Origin: an uncultured Verrucomicrobiae bacterium
GTDB taxonomy: Bacteria; Verrucomicrobiota; Verrucomicrobiia; Chthoniobacterales; UBA10450
Length of the DNA: 64,000 bases
Direction of reading: 5' to 3'
Assembly (NCBI GenBank): GCA_963801815.1
Contig: CAWDGJ010000002.1
Coordinates: 704,001 to 768,000 of the forward strand
Positions 21,563 through 30,767 of the stretch are shown piece after piece. The notes beneath the pieces are model-generated. The model was not told where the DNA came from, did no database searches, and saw nothing but the letters and a program-made list of their open reading frames with translations. The translations under genes and the position numbers were made by a program. Positions within the stretch are counted from its first letter, which is position 1. Every line of letters begins with the position of its first letter.

Positions 21563-22411
21563 TTACTTCGCGACAGCCAGAATCTTGTCCAAGTCGGCTA
21601 TCACCTTGTCGAGATCTGGCTGAGTATTGCCACTGTCAGACAAAACTCGGCCTGCTACGTCCGCCAGGATCAGGTGTGGTACCTCGCGAACGAGCTTTTC
21701 CTGAATCGCCCCAATTTTGCCGCCCCGCTTATCGAAAGCGATGGCCGGCCACGGCATATTGGTTTGTGAGATGTAATTCTCCATTGCAAATGCCGAGTGG
21801 TCGACACTGCAAAAGATGACTTCAAACTCTGGGTGCTGAGGGGCAACTTGATTGTAATAATTTATAAGTCGCGATGTGAATTGACGGCCGTCCTTCGACC
21901 AGAACGCCGAGAAAAATAGAAGATAAAACTTTTTCGACTGAAGGGCTTCGTCATCAAACGGAACCAAACTTCCCTCGTGCCAGAAAACCAGGTCGTCTTT
22001 GAAAAGGTCATACATCGTGCGGCCGATTTGCCGTTCCTGCGGCACATTCGCGGCCGGCGGGCCGGGTCGATCGCCCGTCGCAAGAGCAACACTGGGTACG
22101 CTAGCCTGCTGTCCGCGCTCCAGTCCTTTTTGCTCTTCTTTAGCGGCCGCAATCTCCGCGGCCGATAACTGGCTAACGCGACTCCGAAGTTCTTCGATTA
22201 ACGCCGCACTGGCTCCGACTTTTGTCAGTTCCTTTTCAGTCGTGGAATCGAAAGTATCGACAAATTTCCTGGTCGATAATTCCCGCAATACTTCTTCGCT
22301 CGAATAACCAGAACGCAACATTAGGCTCACATCCTTAACCGTGAGCGGAATAACAGCAGCAAGGACAGAAGTAGAAACCAGCAAAAACAGCCCTACGAGT
22401 GTGCGCGCCAT
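21563..22411 (-). CDS. Secreted thioredoxin-like (nucleoredoxin-type) protein lacking CxxC
   Basis: LLFFSAFWSKDGRQFT..FEVIFCSVD..MPWPAIAFD..VPHLILAD. Confidence 0.75.
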   Translation of the reverse strand: MARTLVGLFLLVSTSVLAAVIPLTVKDVSLMLRSGYSSEEVLRELSTRKFVDTFDSTTEKELTKVGASAALIEELRSRVSQLSAAEIAAAKEEQKGLERGQQASVPSVALATGDRPGPPAANVPQERQIGRTMYDLFKDDLVFWHEGSLVPFDDEALQSKKFYLLFFSAFWSKDGRQFTSRLINYYNQVAPQHPEFEVIFCSVDHSAFAMENYISQTNMPWPAIAFDKRGGKIGAIQEKLVREVPHLILADVAGRVLSDSGNTQPDLDKVIADLDKILAVAK

Positions 22412-22803
22412 TAAGCTGACTTAAAGCAGAGATCGCGCCCGGAAGGCTGGTGACGGCCAGGCACTCAGCCAGTTCAACAGCCGTGCCCCGGATGCGGTTC
22501 GACCGGTTGATCGGCAGCTCGGAAAGAAGAACTGAACATTTGTAGGCGAAGCCTCTTAGCAGTAGCCATGCTCCTAAGTCTCTTATCCATGAGCTGTTGA
22601 GATTGGGTACTTAACGCCGAACAATCCTGGAGTGGCACAACGGTTGGCGCGTTCTAAGCTGAAAGAAGAAATCGCCTATGAGATTTCTCCATCTAATGCG
22701 GCCGCAGTTCGTGTTGGCGTCGGGGTTGCCTTTTCTCGTTCTGCCCATGCAGGCGATGACAAGCTGGAATTGACATTCTAGAAACAATCTCATTTTGACT
22801 CAT

Positions 22804-24519
22804 ATGAGCGCGCCCGTGGAAAAGTCGGTCGAGAGAACCCAGCGAACATTCATCAACCTGTTCCTGGCCATTCTCTGCGTCGTGCTGTTCGTAGTTACCG
22901 CAATCTGGGGCGGACGCGATCTTTACACTCGCTGGCAGGAGAAGCGACTGGCTCGACGAGCGATAGTTGACTTACAGCACGGAAATGATCGTGATGCCAA
23001 TCTCGCGGCACGGACGATTCTTGAGTTGAAGCCGGTTAGTGCGCCAGCTGCACGGATCATGGCGCAGCTCGCTGAACGACGCGGTGACCGGGCCGCGCTG
23101 GATTGGCGCCGCAAGGTTGCTCAAGAAGAACCAAAGTCGGTTTCCGACGAATTAGCTCTGGCGCGCTGCGCACTCCAGTTCAAAGACATCGTTACGGCCC
23201 AGCGGACATTGGATGCTGTTGAACAAAACGGGCGGAACACAGCAGAATTTCACGCGGCTTGCGCGCTTCTTGGGCAAGCGATGCATGAAGACGAAAAGGC
23301 TGATCAGGAATGGACCGAGGCGATTCGCCTCGACCCGCAAGATTCCTCTTACCGATTGCAGCTAGCAACGCTGCGGCTTCGGGCCAACGAGCCTAAGCGC
23401 CACACCTCCGGCGAAGAGATGCTAAACGCGCTTCGAGCCGATCCTACCCAACGGGTTCCGGCGACACGGGCGCTAATTATTGATGGCGCAGCGCAGCGTA
23501 TCAACAGCGATGCCCTGCTAGGGATGGCGCAGGCGCTCCAAGCTTATCCTGAAGCCACCTTCAACGATCGCCTCCTCTATTTGGATATTTTGCGCCAGTT
23601 GCACGCGCCGGAATTTGCGAACCAGCTAACCAGTTTCGAACAAGACGCCAATTCGGATCCGGTAAAACTGGGCGCGTTGATTTCGTGGATGGCGACAAGC
23701 GGCCTGAGCCTGGTGGCGATCGACTTCGTGCGCGGGTTGCCACCTGAGACAGTCACCAAGTGGCCGGTGCCAATCGCGATGGCTGAAGCTTACGCTAAGT
23801 TCGGCGATTGGGCGGCGCTGGAGGCGTGGGTCACCAACAAAGATTGGGGGCAATCCGATTTTATGCGGCACGCTTACCTGGCGCTTGCGTTGCGCAATCA
23901 GAACAAAACAGCCGCAGCGGAAAAGGAATGGGCGGCGGCGGAAAAGCAGGCAGCAACTGAAGCGATGTTTCTATCGATGCTGACTCGAGCGACCTCAGAG
24001 TGGCGTTGGAAGAAAGAGTGGACCGAGTTGCTCTGGAATCTCAGCAATTACCCCGAGACGCAATTCGAAGCGCTGCAAGACCTCTACCAAAAATACACCA
24101 ACGACGGGGATACAGCAGGGCTTTATCGGGTCCTTGTCCGATTGCTCGAACTACTTCCAGACGACGAACGAATTCAAAATAACCTCGCCCAGGTTTCTCT
24201 CCTGCTTAACGCCGATATGGAACGAGCGAGGAAACTCGCGGAGGAACTATATCGAAAGGAGGAAACGAATCCGGCTTACGCATCCACCTACGCATTCGCT
24301 CTCTACACAAAGGGGGACGCTAAAGGCGCGGTGGAAATCATGAACTCGTTGAATGAAAGCCAGCTGCGTGATCCTGCGGTGGCTGCTTATTATGGGGTTA
24401 TTCTCGCGGCCAGCGGCAATGCGCAAAGCGCCCGCGAATATCTCAAACTCGGTATCTCAGCCAAGCTTCTTCCCGAAGAAAAAGCGCTGGTTAAGAAAGC
24501 GGAGAGCTCGCTCCAATAG
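22804..24519 (+). CDS. Membrane-anchored TPR-like protein
   Basis: N-terminal TM; Ala/Leu-rich helical repeats; QNNLAQVSLL, YASTYAFAL and AYYGVILAA..LLPEE. Confidence 0.75.
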   Translation: MSAPVEKSVERTQRTFINLFLAILCVVLFVVTAIWGGRDLYTRWQEKRLARRAIVDLQHGNDRDANLAARTILELKPVSAPAARIMAQLAERRGDRAALDWRRKVAQEEPKSVSDELALARCALQFKDIVTAQRTLDAVEQNGRNTAEFHAACALLGQAMHEDEKADQEWTEAIRLDPQDSSYRLQLATLRLRANEPKRHTSGEEMLNALRADPTQRVPATRALIIDGAAQRINSDALLGMAQALQAYPEATFNDRLLYLDILRQLHAPEFANQLTSFEQDANSDPVKLGALISWMATSGLSLVAIDFVRGLPPETVTKWPVPIAMAEAYAKFGDWAALEAWVTNKDWGQSDFMRHAYLALALRNQNKTAAAEKEWAAAEKQAATEAMFLSMLTRATSEWRWKKEWTELLWNLSNYPETQFEALQDLYQKYTNDGDTAGLYRVLVRLLELLPDDERIQNNLAQVSLLLNADMERARKLAEELYRKEETNPAYASTYAFALYTKGDAKGAVEIMNSLNESQLRDPAVAAYYGVILAASGNAQSAREYLKLGISAKLLPEEKALVKKAESSLQ

Positions 24520-24532
24520 CAGAGTTGCCACC

Positions 24533-24570
24533 AAAAAAAGAGCGACCGCCCATCGGAACGGTCGCTCTTC
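24533..24570 (-). terminator. Intrinsic terminator between convergent genes
   Basis: Stem aagagcgaccg/cggtcgctctt with an A-run on the left (U-tail on the minus strand). Confidence 0.75.
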
Positions 24571-24591
24571 AGTCAAACAAGAGTCAAATTC

Positions 24592-25275
24592 TTAGGCTGT
24601 CACACGGCGACGGCGCCGGGCTTCAAAGGCAGTCACGGCAATTGCCAACAAAGCAGTTGGGATCAGGCTTGTGGCTTCCGGAATCGGAGAAACCGTTGCT
24701 TGGAAGGCCCATAGCAATTCGTCACCAGGACTCGCGATCACCGAAATATAATTATACGTGCCGAAACTCGGAACACTGATCCAAGTGTCATTGGTCGAAT
24801 CGCCGTAAGTATTGAGGAAGGTCCCGCGTGAGCCGAGCGTGTTCGACCCATAAAGGCTGAACGACTCGTTCGGATCGATGCTGCTGACCTTCAGTTTCCC
24901 GCCCGTAAACCCTTCGCTGAGGATCGAGCTAAGATCCAATTGAATGTAATTGTCTGTCTGGATCTCATTATGCGGCGTGCCGACGAATCCGAGGCCGTGG
25001 TCTGGGCTGGCATCCTTGTAATAAAGGTCGTGAGGCGTGTCAGGTCCGCTGACAACATCGAAGCCATATGCGGTAATGGAATAACCGCTCGAAGCAAACG
25101 TGTGACTGGCGGAGCCGAGCGATGCATTGGCGTTGGTAGGGTTAAAATCCCAGGTAACGAGGGTAGCTCGGGCCGGGGTGGCGGCGAGGGCGAGAATGGC
25201 GGAACAAGCCAGGACGAGTTTCATGGAGAGTGTAGATAACTTCATTCGTTGTTTGATGATTTCCATAATTCTCAT
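24592..25275 (-). CDS. Secreted protein with PEP-CTERM-like sorting signal (IPEA variant)
   Basis: Signal peptide ending in PARA; C-terminus SPIPEATS, then a TM segment, then RRRRR. Confidence 0.8.
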   Translation of the reverse strand: MRIMEIIKQRMKLSTLSMKLVLACSAILALAATPARATLVTWDFNPTNANASLGSASHTFASSGYSITAYGFDVVSGPDTPHDLYYKDASPDHGLGFVGTPHNEIQTDNYIQLDLSSILSEGFTGGKLKVSSIDPNESFSLYGSNTLGSRGTFLNTYGDSTNDTWISVPSFGTYNYISVIASPGDELLWAFQATVSPIPEATSLIPTALLAIAVTAFEARRRRRVTA

Positions 25276-25533
25276 ATTTGCGTCACATGGTCAATAAAAA
25301 TCGCATGCCACGCCGCAAACTTTTTGCCGCCCTCCCCTTTTTAAGGGGGCTTTTCCCGGCAAGTCAAGAAAATTTGCCCCTCAAGCGTGGGAGGCGCGCC
25401 TAGAACCTGCCAACGATTGGTGGGTGAGTTCCACCCCGACGGCGGGCCATTCTACCCAGCACGATTAGAAAAGCATCGTGCTCGATGCAAAGAGCTCCTA
25501 AAAACCGACACTACGCTTGCGACAAGGCGCCGG

Positions 25534-26103
25534 TTACAGATTGTGCCAGGAATATTGGCTGCTAAGAAATGCCTTTTGCAAGTCCTTGAAGTCGGAAGAT
25601 CGACAGGTGAGCTGGCAGCGGACTTGTTCTGGGCCACGGTTTATGAACAAAATCGAGCGCTCGTAGTTGTTGCCGAGCAGGCTATAGCTAATGACGACGA
25701 GAAAAGTCTCTCTGTTTCCTATCCGCAGCGGAGCCTTCTCTTGGGACTCCACAACGACGTTACTGCTGCCTTTGGGAACCAAAACGAGAACTTCCGCCAC
25801 GAGTTTTTTAATGGCCTCATCATCGAATTGAGTCTGATCCGGTCGTGAGATTGTTGCGATTGTTGCTTCCGCCTGAGTTTTATTTGGGGGATGCAACGTA
25901 AGTTCGGTCGCGGTGGCAGAATACTTCCAGCCACGCGGCGATTGATAGGTTACTTTCTGGTCCCCGTCAGAAAAGGCGAGCTGCTTTAGTTTGGCGCCGT
26001 CCAGCACGTATTCATCGATCGTTGGTGTCATTACCAACGCGGTTCTGCCGACGTCTGCCAGCAAGAGACTCGCAACAAATGCGAAAATTAGAGAACGTAC
26101 CAT
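25534..26103 (-). CDS. Secreted hypothetical protein
   Basis: Signal peptide; overlaps the end of the PilX-like gene. Confidence 0.65.
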   Translation of the reverse strand: MVRSLIFAFVASLLLADVGRTALVMTPTIDEYVLDGAKLKQLAFSDGDQKVTYQSPRGWKYSATATELTLHPPNKTQAEATIATISRPDQTQFDDEAIKKLVAEVLVLVPKGSSNVVVESQEKAPLRIGNRETFLVVISYSLLGNNYERSILFINRGPEQVRCQLTCRSSDFKDLQKAFLSSQYSWHNL

Positions 26104-28007
26104 CTGCCCTTAATATAACTAACCACCATCAACGTACCTGGCGGCGGATTCGCCTTGAAATTCGTATCGAATAACCATTCTCGCGTGGGCGGAACATAGA
26201 CGTTGGCCTTGCCCCATTCACCAATGGATTGCTGGCTCTTGAATAGTTCCACCATGGAACCGTAATAGCTGAGCGTCTGATTCGTCCAGTTTTCAAGAAA
26301 GCGCGGGAAGTTCTCCGCACCGCCGCTGTAAGAGCCATCTCCGCCTACCGCGGCTGTTGGCACAATCCCCGCGACAACCGCCACATTGTAAGTCGTGGGC
26401 GACGCAGTGGGAACAGTTCCAGAATTCGCATCGCTCCAACTGTTGGATAACAGATTCAGCGCGTCGGCAAGAATCGAGCAAGGTGCTCGGGTATAGCCGG
26501 AGACGTTCGAGCTCGGCGGACTGGACGGATTGATGTAGGTGCCATCTGAATTGAAGTTGGCAGGATTATTCGACGGAACCGCGCTTCCTGTACCTCCGGT
26601 ATTGAAGTCTCCCTGAACGTAAACTGGATTATTACTCACAACAGTGAGCCCGGAAGTTGGGATCTTGCTTCCATTCTTGAGTCGGATGCCACGCCGACTG
26701 GCTGTCGTGTTATTTGGGTCGTAGACATAAACAATGCCGTTGAAGTTGCCTGACTTGTAATTCGGATTGGCGCCGGCGCCGCTCTCTATCGCACTGACAT
26801 CGAGTGTGGAAACATGCATCGTGGCGCCTTCACGATTATCCTGGATCGTCTGACCCGTGCTAATCGCGCCGTTAAACATGCTATACATCCAATAGTTTGG
26901 CGATACTAGTGAAGGCGCCGCCGTCCCACTGGTCCAAACTGGTGTGAACGCATAGTTGGCTCCGCTTGGATAACCGATGGTGTAGGTGTTGTTCGCGTTA
27001 ATTTGAATAATCACGCCAGCCTGGTCCCAGAGACGCTGACCTGCTAGCGGATCGCTATTTCCCGCGACTGGAGGCTGAATCAGCTCAGCATAGCTGTCGT
27101 TGTTCGGATTCGCGTCGGCAGTATTAAAAATCGAGGTCGAATCCAAACCAAAAGGTTGGAGCGCCTGGTCGCGAGCGGGCGGGAGGCCGCTAGGATAATT
27201 CGGTGCTGCCGGCGTCTCCGGATGTTGCCCATCTCCAGGCATAAAGCCGACAAACCAGTCCGATCCATAGGTTACTTTATCGGCAAATGTAAGGGTGTTG
27301 TGACCTGTGTACAGATCCGAGTTCGTATGCACCCACCCGGTTACGGTAAACAACGGCCCGGGATGGATTTCGAGCGGATCGACATAGAAAATGGCCCAAT
27401 TCCAAGGCGAGAGCTGCTGCTTCGAGAACACGCGCCGCACTTTGGCTACGACCTCGCGCTGCGTAGAAGATCCGAACGAACTATTTAAGGTTACGTCAGC
27501 CGACGCGATGTAATTGTAGATCGCGGATGTAGTGGGTGAAACTGACGATACGCTACCAGTCAATTGTCCCAGCTGTGGTTCAGGAGTCGCATTCGCGCTC
27601 GCCACCGCGTTATATTCAGCGTCAACTCCAACCACTTTATAATTCGAAATCGTGTAGGTCGCGTCGAACTCGTCGTTCGCCGGATCATAGCTCGCCCCTC
27701 GCTTCACGAAATTCGAACTCGACACGTTGGGGAAGGGCGATGGTGTCGGTATGGCCGAAAAATCGCTCGTCTTTTTAACGGTGGTTGGTGAGGTGCGACA
27801 GGTAGACCGCCAGTTGTTGAACATGACCTCGATCGCACTGTCTCCGATCGCGAGCGCGTTCTGCAAGGTAGTTGTCCGTTGCGTATTACGGCTAACGGTT
27901 GTCGTATAATAGACTGCCACGGCAACAATGGCCATCAGGATTGCCATGGTCGAAATGACTACGGCGAGCGTGCTTCCGCACTGTCTTTGATCGAATCTTG
28001 TTTTCAT
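26088..28007 (-). CDS. PilX/GspK-like large pilin-type protein
   Basis: G|STLAVV hydrophobic N-terminus without E5; GWVHTNSD; C-terminal GGAENFPRFLENW..PPPGT. Confidence 0.7.
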   Translation of the reverse strand: MKTRFDQRQCGSTLAVVISTMAILMAIVAVAVYYTTTVSRNTQRTTTLQNALAIGDSAIEVMFNNWRSTCRTSPTTVKKTSDFSAIPTPSPFPNVSSSNFVKRGASYDPANDEFDATYTISNYKVVGVDAEYNAVASANATPEPQLGQLTGSVSSVSPTTSAIYNYIASADVTLNSSFGSSTQREVVAKVRRVFSKQQLSPWNWAIFYVDPLEIHPGPLFTVTGWVHTNSDLYTGHNTLTFADKVTYGSDWFVGFMPGDGQHPETPAAPNYPSGLPPARDQALQPFGLDSTSIFNTADANPNNDSYAELIQPPVAGNSDPLAGQRLWDQAGVIIQINANNTYTIGYPSGANYAFTPVWTSGTAAPSLVSPNYWMYSMFNGAISTGQTIQDNREGATMHVSTLDVSAIESGAGANPNYKSGNFNGIVYVYDPNNTTASRRGIRLKNGSKIPTSGLTVVSNNPVYVQGDFNTGGTGSAVPSNNPANFNSDGTYINPSSPPSSNVSGYTRAPCSILADALNLLSNSWSDANSGTVPTASPTTYNVAVVAGIVPTAAVGGDGSYSGGAENFPRFLENWTNQTLSYYGSMVELFKSQQSIGEWGKANVYVPPTREWLFDTNFKANPPPGTLMVVSYIKGRWYVL

Positions 28008-28852
28008 TGGTAAGTGGTGAGTCGTGTTTTGAAGGGGACCTGGCCGTTAAGCAGGATGTTTGCGGATTTGTAGCCGCGATTGCTGTATTGAGTGTCAGAT
28101 GTAGACAGATCGATCGCGGCGACGAAACGGTAATAAAGGGCACCGGCCGCAGTCGCTGGAGTGCTAAACGGAGTGGAGTTCGTCACATAATTAGCAACGG
28201 ATTTGGTGTTGCCTTTCCACTTCCAATTCAGGTTGTTGCCGGATACAGCGTAGGAACACCGGTCTGTGATGAAGCACACAATATCGCCGCCTGTGCTCCC
28301 GGTGCCTTTGATTGCGACAGGCATTGTGCTCACCGGATAGGTCACCGGTGGAGTCAACGCCGGCCCGGAGATGTTGGTAAGAGTAGGCTGAAAGTCGCCG
28401 CTGCCGCCGCTAACTGCCGAAATATCCGCTTCAATTTGATATGCCGGAATAATTACGCGTTGACCGACAATTGGCGTCGGACCCGCATTAGATGTCAGAA
28501 CCAAATGGATCTTCGTGTCGCCAACATTGACATCATTCTTGAGCTTGTGCGGGCCGCTTGACCATTGTTGAAAGGAGATTCCCTCGGCTGCGGTGGGTGC
28601 CGGCGAAGGATACGCCGTGCCGGTAGCATCAGATAGCGCAGGCAGCGACACGGCGCCGTGCAGGTCTTGAAGCATGTCAACCATGGCCACCCGGGCCTGT
28701 TGATGCGCGACGTTAACGGCTGTGTTCTTGGCGCCCAGGACGGTGCTCGTATACAAAATCGCACATAAAACCAAGCCGACCACCCCCATGAGGGCGACGG
28801 TAAACATCAACTCCACAAGTTTGAAACCAGCCGATTGCGAAGAAACTTTCAT
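28004..28852 (-). CDS. Prepilin-type (PilW-like) protein
   Basis: Class III signal AG|FKLVELMF. Confidence 0.75.
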   Translation of the reverse strand: MKVSSQSAGFKLVELMFTVALMGVVGLVLCAILYTSTVLGAKNTAVNVAHQQARVAMVDMLQDLHGAVSLPALSDATGTAYPSPAPTAAEGISFQQWSSGPHKLKNDVNVGDTKIHLVLTSNAGPTPIVGQRVIIPAYQIEADISAVSGGSGDFQPTLTNISGPALTPPVTYPVSTMPVAIKGTGSTGGDIVCFITDRCSYAVSGNNLNWKWKGNTKSVANYVTNSTPFSTPATAAGALYYRFVAAIDLSTSDTQYSNRGYKSANILLNGQVPFKTRLTTYQ

Positions 28853-29376
28853 ATGTCAGACGTGCGGATGGTGCTCACTGAATAAGTGTAATTACGATTC
28901 AGGTAGGTGAAGGTGATCGTGAAAACAGCTTGATAAGTGTTTGGAAGGCTCCCCGACAGATTGGTTACCGTTTCCGTGAGGGTGCCATTAACTACGAGAA
29001 CAACATTGTTGCTGGCATCCCGATACTCATAAACAGGAACATTGAAGTTAGTGCCGTTGACGGAAATGTTGTGTGTGCCCACGGTCATGTCGTACGTCGG
29101 ATAGCTGCCGTGGCTGGCATCCACGGGAACCTGAGCCGTTCCATCCGAGTTGGTCTTCTGAGGATTAAACGGGCTCATCGACTGGAACAGATCAACTTGG
29201 TTCGTGAGGACCGTATAAGCGCCGGTGCTATTGCGACTCATTGTCGCAATAGAGTTGACCTTGGTTAGTGCTCCAATGGTCGTGGCAACTCCAAGACCTA
29301 GGACAGCAATGGCGATAATAGTCTCCACCATTGTGAACCCAGCGGGGCCACAGGTTTGTTTTGGACGGCGTCTCAT
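28849..29376 (-). CDS. Prepilin-type (PilV-like) protein
   Basis: Class III signal AG|FTMVETIIAIAVLGL. Confidence 0.78.
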   Translation of the reverse strand: MRRRPKQTCGPAGFTMVETIIAIAVLGLGVATTIGALTKVNSIATMSRNSTGAYTVLTNQVDLFQSMSPFNPQKTNSDGTAQVPVDASHGSYPTYDMTVGTHNISVNGTNFNVPVYEYRDASNNVVLVVNGTLTETVTNLSGSLPNTYQAVFTITFTYLNRNYTYSVSTIRTSDI

Positions 29377-29433
29377 ATGTCGAATCGGCCCAGTCTTAGT
29401 GCTGGCACGACCGGGAATTATAATTTCCATAGG

Positions 29434-29449
29434 AGCACGTTGAGTGCCA
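29434..29449 (-). promoter_or_regulatory. Sigma-54 (-24/-12) promoter of the pilin-like operon
   Basis: Minus strand TGGCACTCAACGTGCT (GG-N10-GC), about 60 nt upstream of the ATG. Confidence 0.65.
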
Positions 29450-29654
29450 TTTGGATTTAAGAAGCTGCCCTGCAAGGCCTTCGCCTACGGCAGCGCTAAT
29501 AAGGCCGAAGGCCGCCCGCGCGTTGAACAATCCCGCCTGCGCAGCTTCGCCCAAGTGCCGCAGATTTCTTGCCGAAGTCTGCCGAAAGTTAAACATCCAG
29601 AACGGTCCGGCCTGTCCTTTTCGTTTACGCGTGATTCGTTAAGTTAAGGGTTCA

Positions 29655-30767
29655 ATGACTTCCATCTGGGACCGTGCCAATCCGCAACTGCGTGATCTCG
29701 CCGTCTACGAACCGGGCAAACCGATCGAAGAAACTGCGCGTGAGCTCGGCGTGCAGCCTCACGAAATCATCAAGTTAGCCTCCAACGAAAATCCGCTGGG
29801 GCCTTCTCCAAAGGCGATCGACGCGATTCGGATTGCTGCCGGCTGCGCCCAACTTTATCCGGATGGCGGGGGATTTCTTTTGCGCAATCGGCTCGCGATG
29901 AAACTCGGCTGCGACTCCGAAAACATCATCCTGGGGAACGGTTCGAACGAAATCATTGAATTCATCGGCCACGCTTTCCTGCAACTCGGTTACGATGCCA
30001 TGGCGTTCGAGCACGCCTTCGTAGCATACAAGCTCGTCGCCACCTTATTCGGGGCACGGGCCATTGAGATCCCCACCTCGGAGTTTCAGCCGGATTTAGA
30101 CGCGTTGCTGGCGGCGATCACACCCAAAACGAAAGTAATTTTCATCGCGAACCCAAACAATCCAACCGGAGTATTGATTCCGCCGGGCAAGGTCACAGAC
30201 TTTCTCGCGCGCGTACCTGAAAACATCGTAACCGTGCTCGACGAAGCATATTTTGAATTCCTCGACAATCCTCACGATACGCTGGGTCACATTCGAAACC
30301 GAAATGTGATAATACTTCGCACGTTCTCGAAAATTCATGGCCTGGCCAGCTTGCGCGTGGGATACGGAATCGCCCGCCGGGAAATTATCGAGGTTCTGCA
30401 AAAAACGAGGCAACCATTCAACGTGAACGGAATTGCCCAAGTCGCCGCATTGGCGGCGCTCGAAGATATCAATCACATTGCCGAAACGAAGCGTGTTGTC
30501 GATGCCGGTCGCGCTTTTTTGGAGAAGGAATTTGACGCGATGAAACTAAAATTTGTTCCGAGCGCCGGCAATTTTGTGTTCGTTCACGTGGGTGATGGGC
30601 CGGCGGTCTTTCAGAAGATGCTGGCCCGCAAAATCATCGTCCGTCCTCTCGTCGGATACGGATTGCCCGAATGGCTCCGGATAAGTGTCGGAACTATGGA
30701 ACAAAACAAACAATGCATCGCCGCGCTAAAGAAAGTGTACTCACATAGAATCGACGTTCGGCGCTGA
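29655..30767 (+). CDS. hisC: Histidinol-phosphate aminotransferase
   Basis: KLASNENPLG, GNGSNE, NPNNPTG, DEAY and RTFSKIHGLASLRVGY. Confidence 0.93.
   Translation: MTSIWDRANPQLRDLAVYEPGKPIEETARELGVQPHEIIKLASNENPLGPSPKAIDAIRIAAGCAQLYPDGGGFLLRNRLAMKLGCDSENIILGNGSNEIIEFIGHAFLQLGYDAMAFEHAFVAYKLVATLFGARAIEIPTSEFQPDLDALLAAITPKTKVIFIANPNNPTGVLIPPGKVTDFLARVPENIVTVLDEAYFEFLDNPHDTLGHIRNRNVIILRTFSKIHGLASLRVGYGIARREIIEVLQKTRQPFNVNGIAQVAALAALEDINHIAETKRVVDAGRAFLEKEFDAMKLKFVPSAGNFVFVHVGDGPAVFQKMLARKIIVRPLVGYGLPEWLRISVGTMEQNKQCIAALKKVYSHRIDVRR

Noticed and set aside
22635..22650. Sigma-54 promoter for the TPR gene (TGGCACAACGGTTGGC)
   Set aside because: The -12 element is GG rather than GC, which is too weak to call. 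The same holds for candidates near 25300 and 33830.
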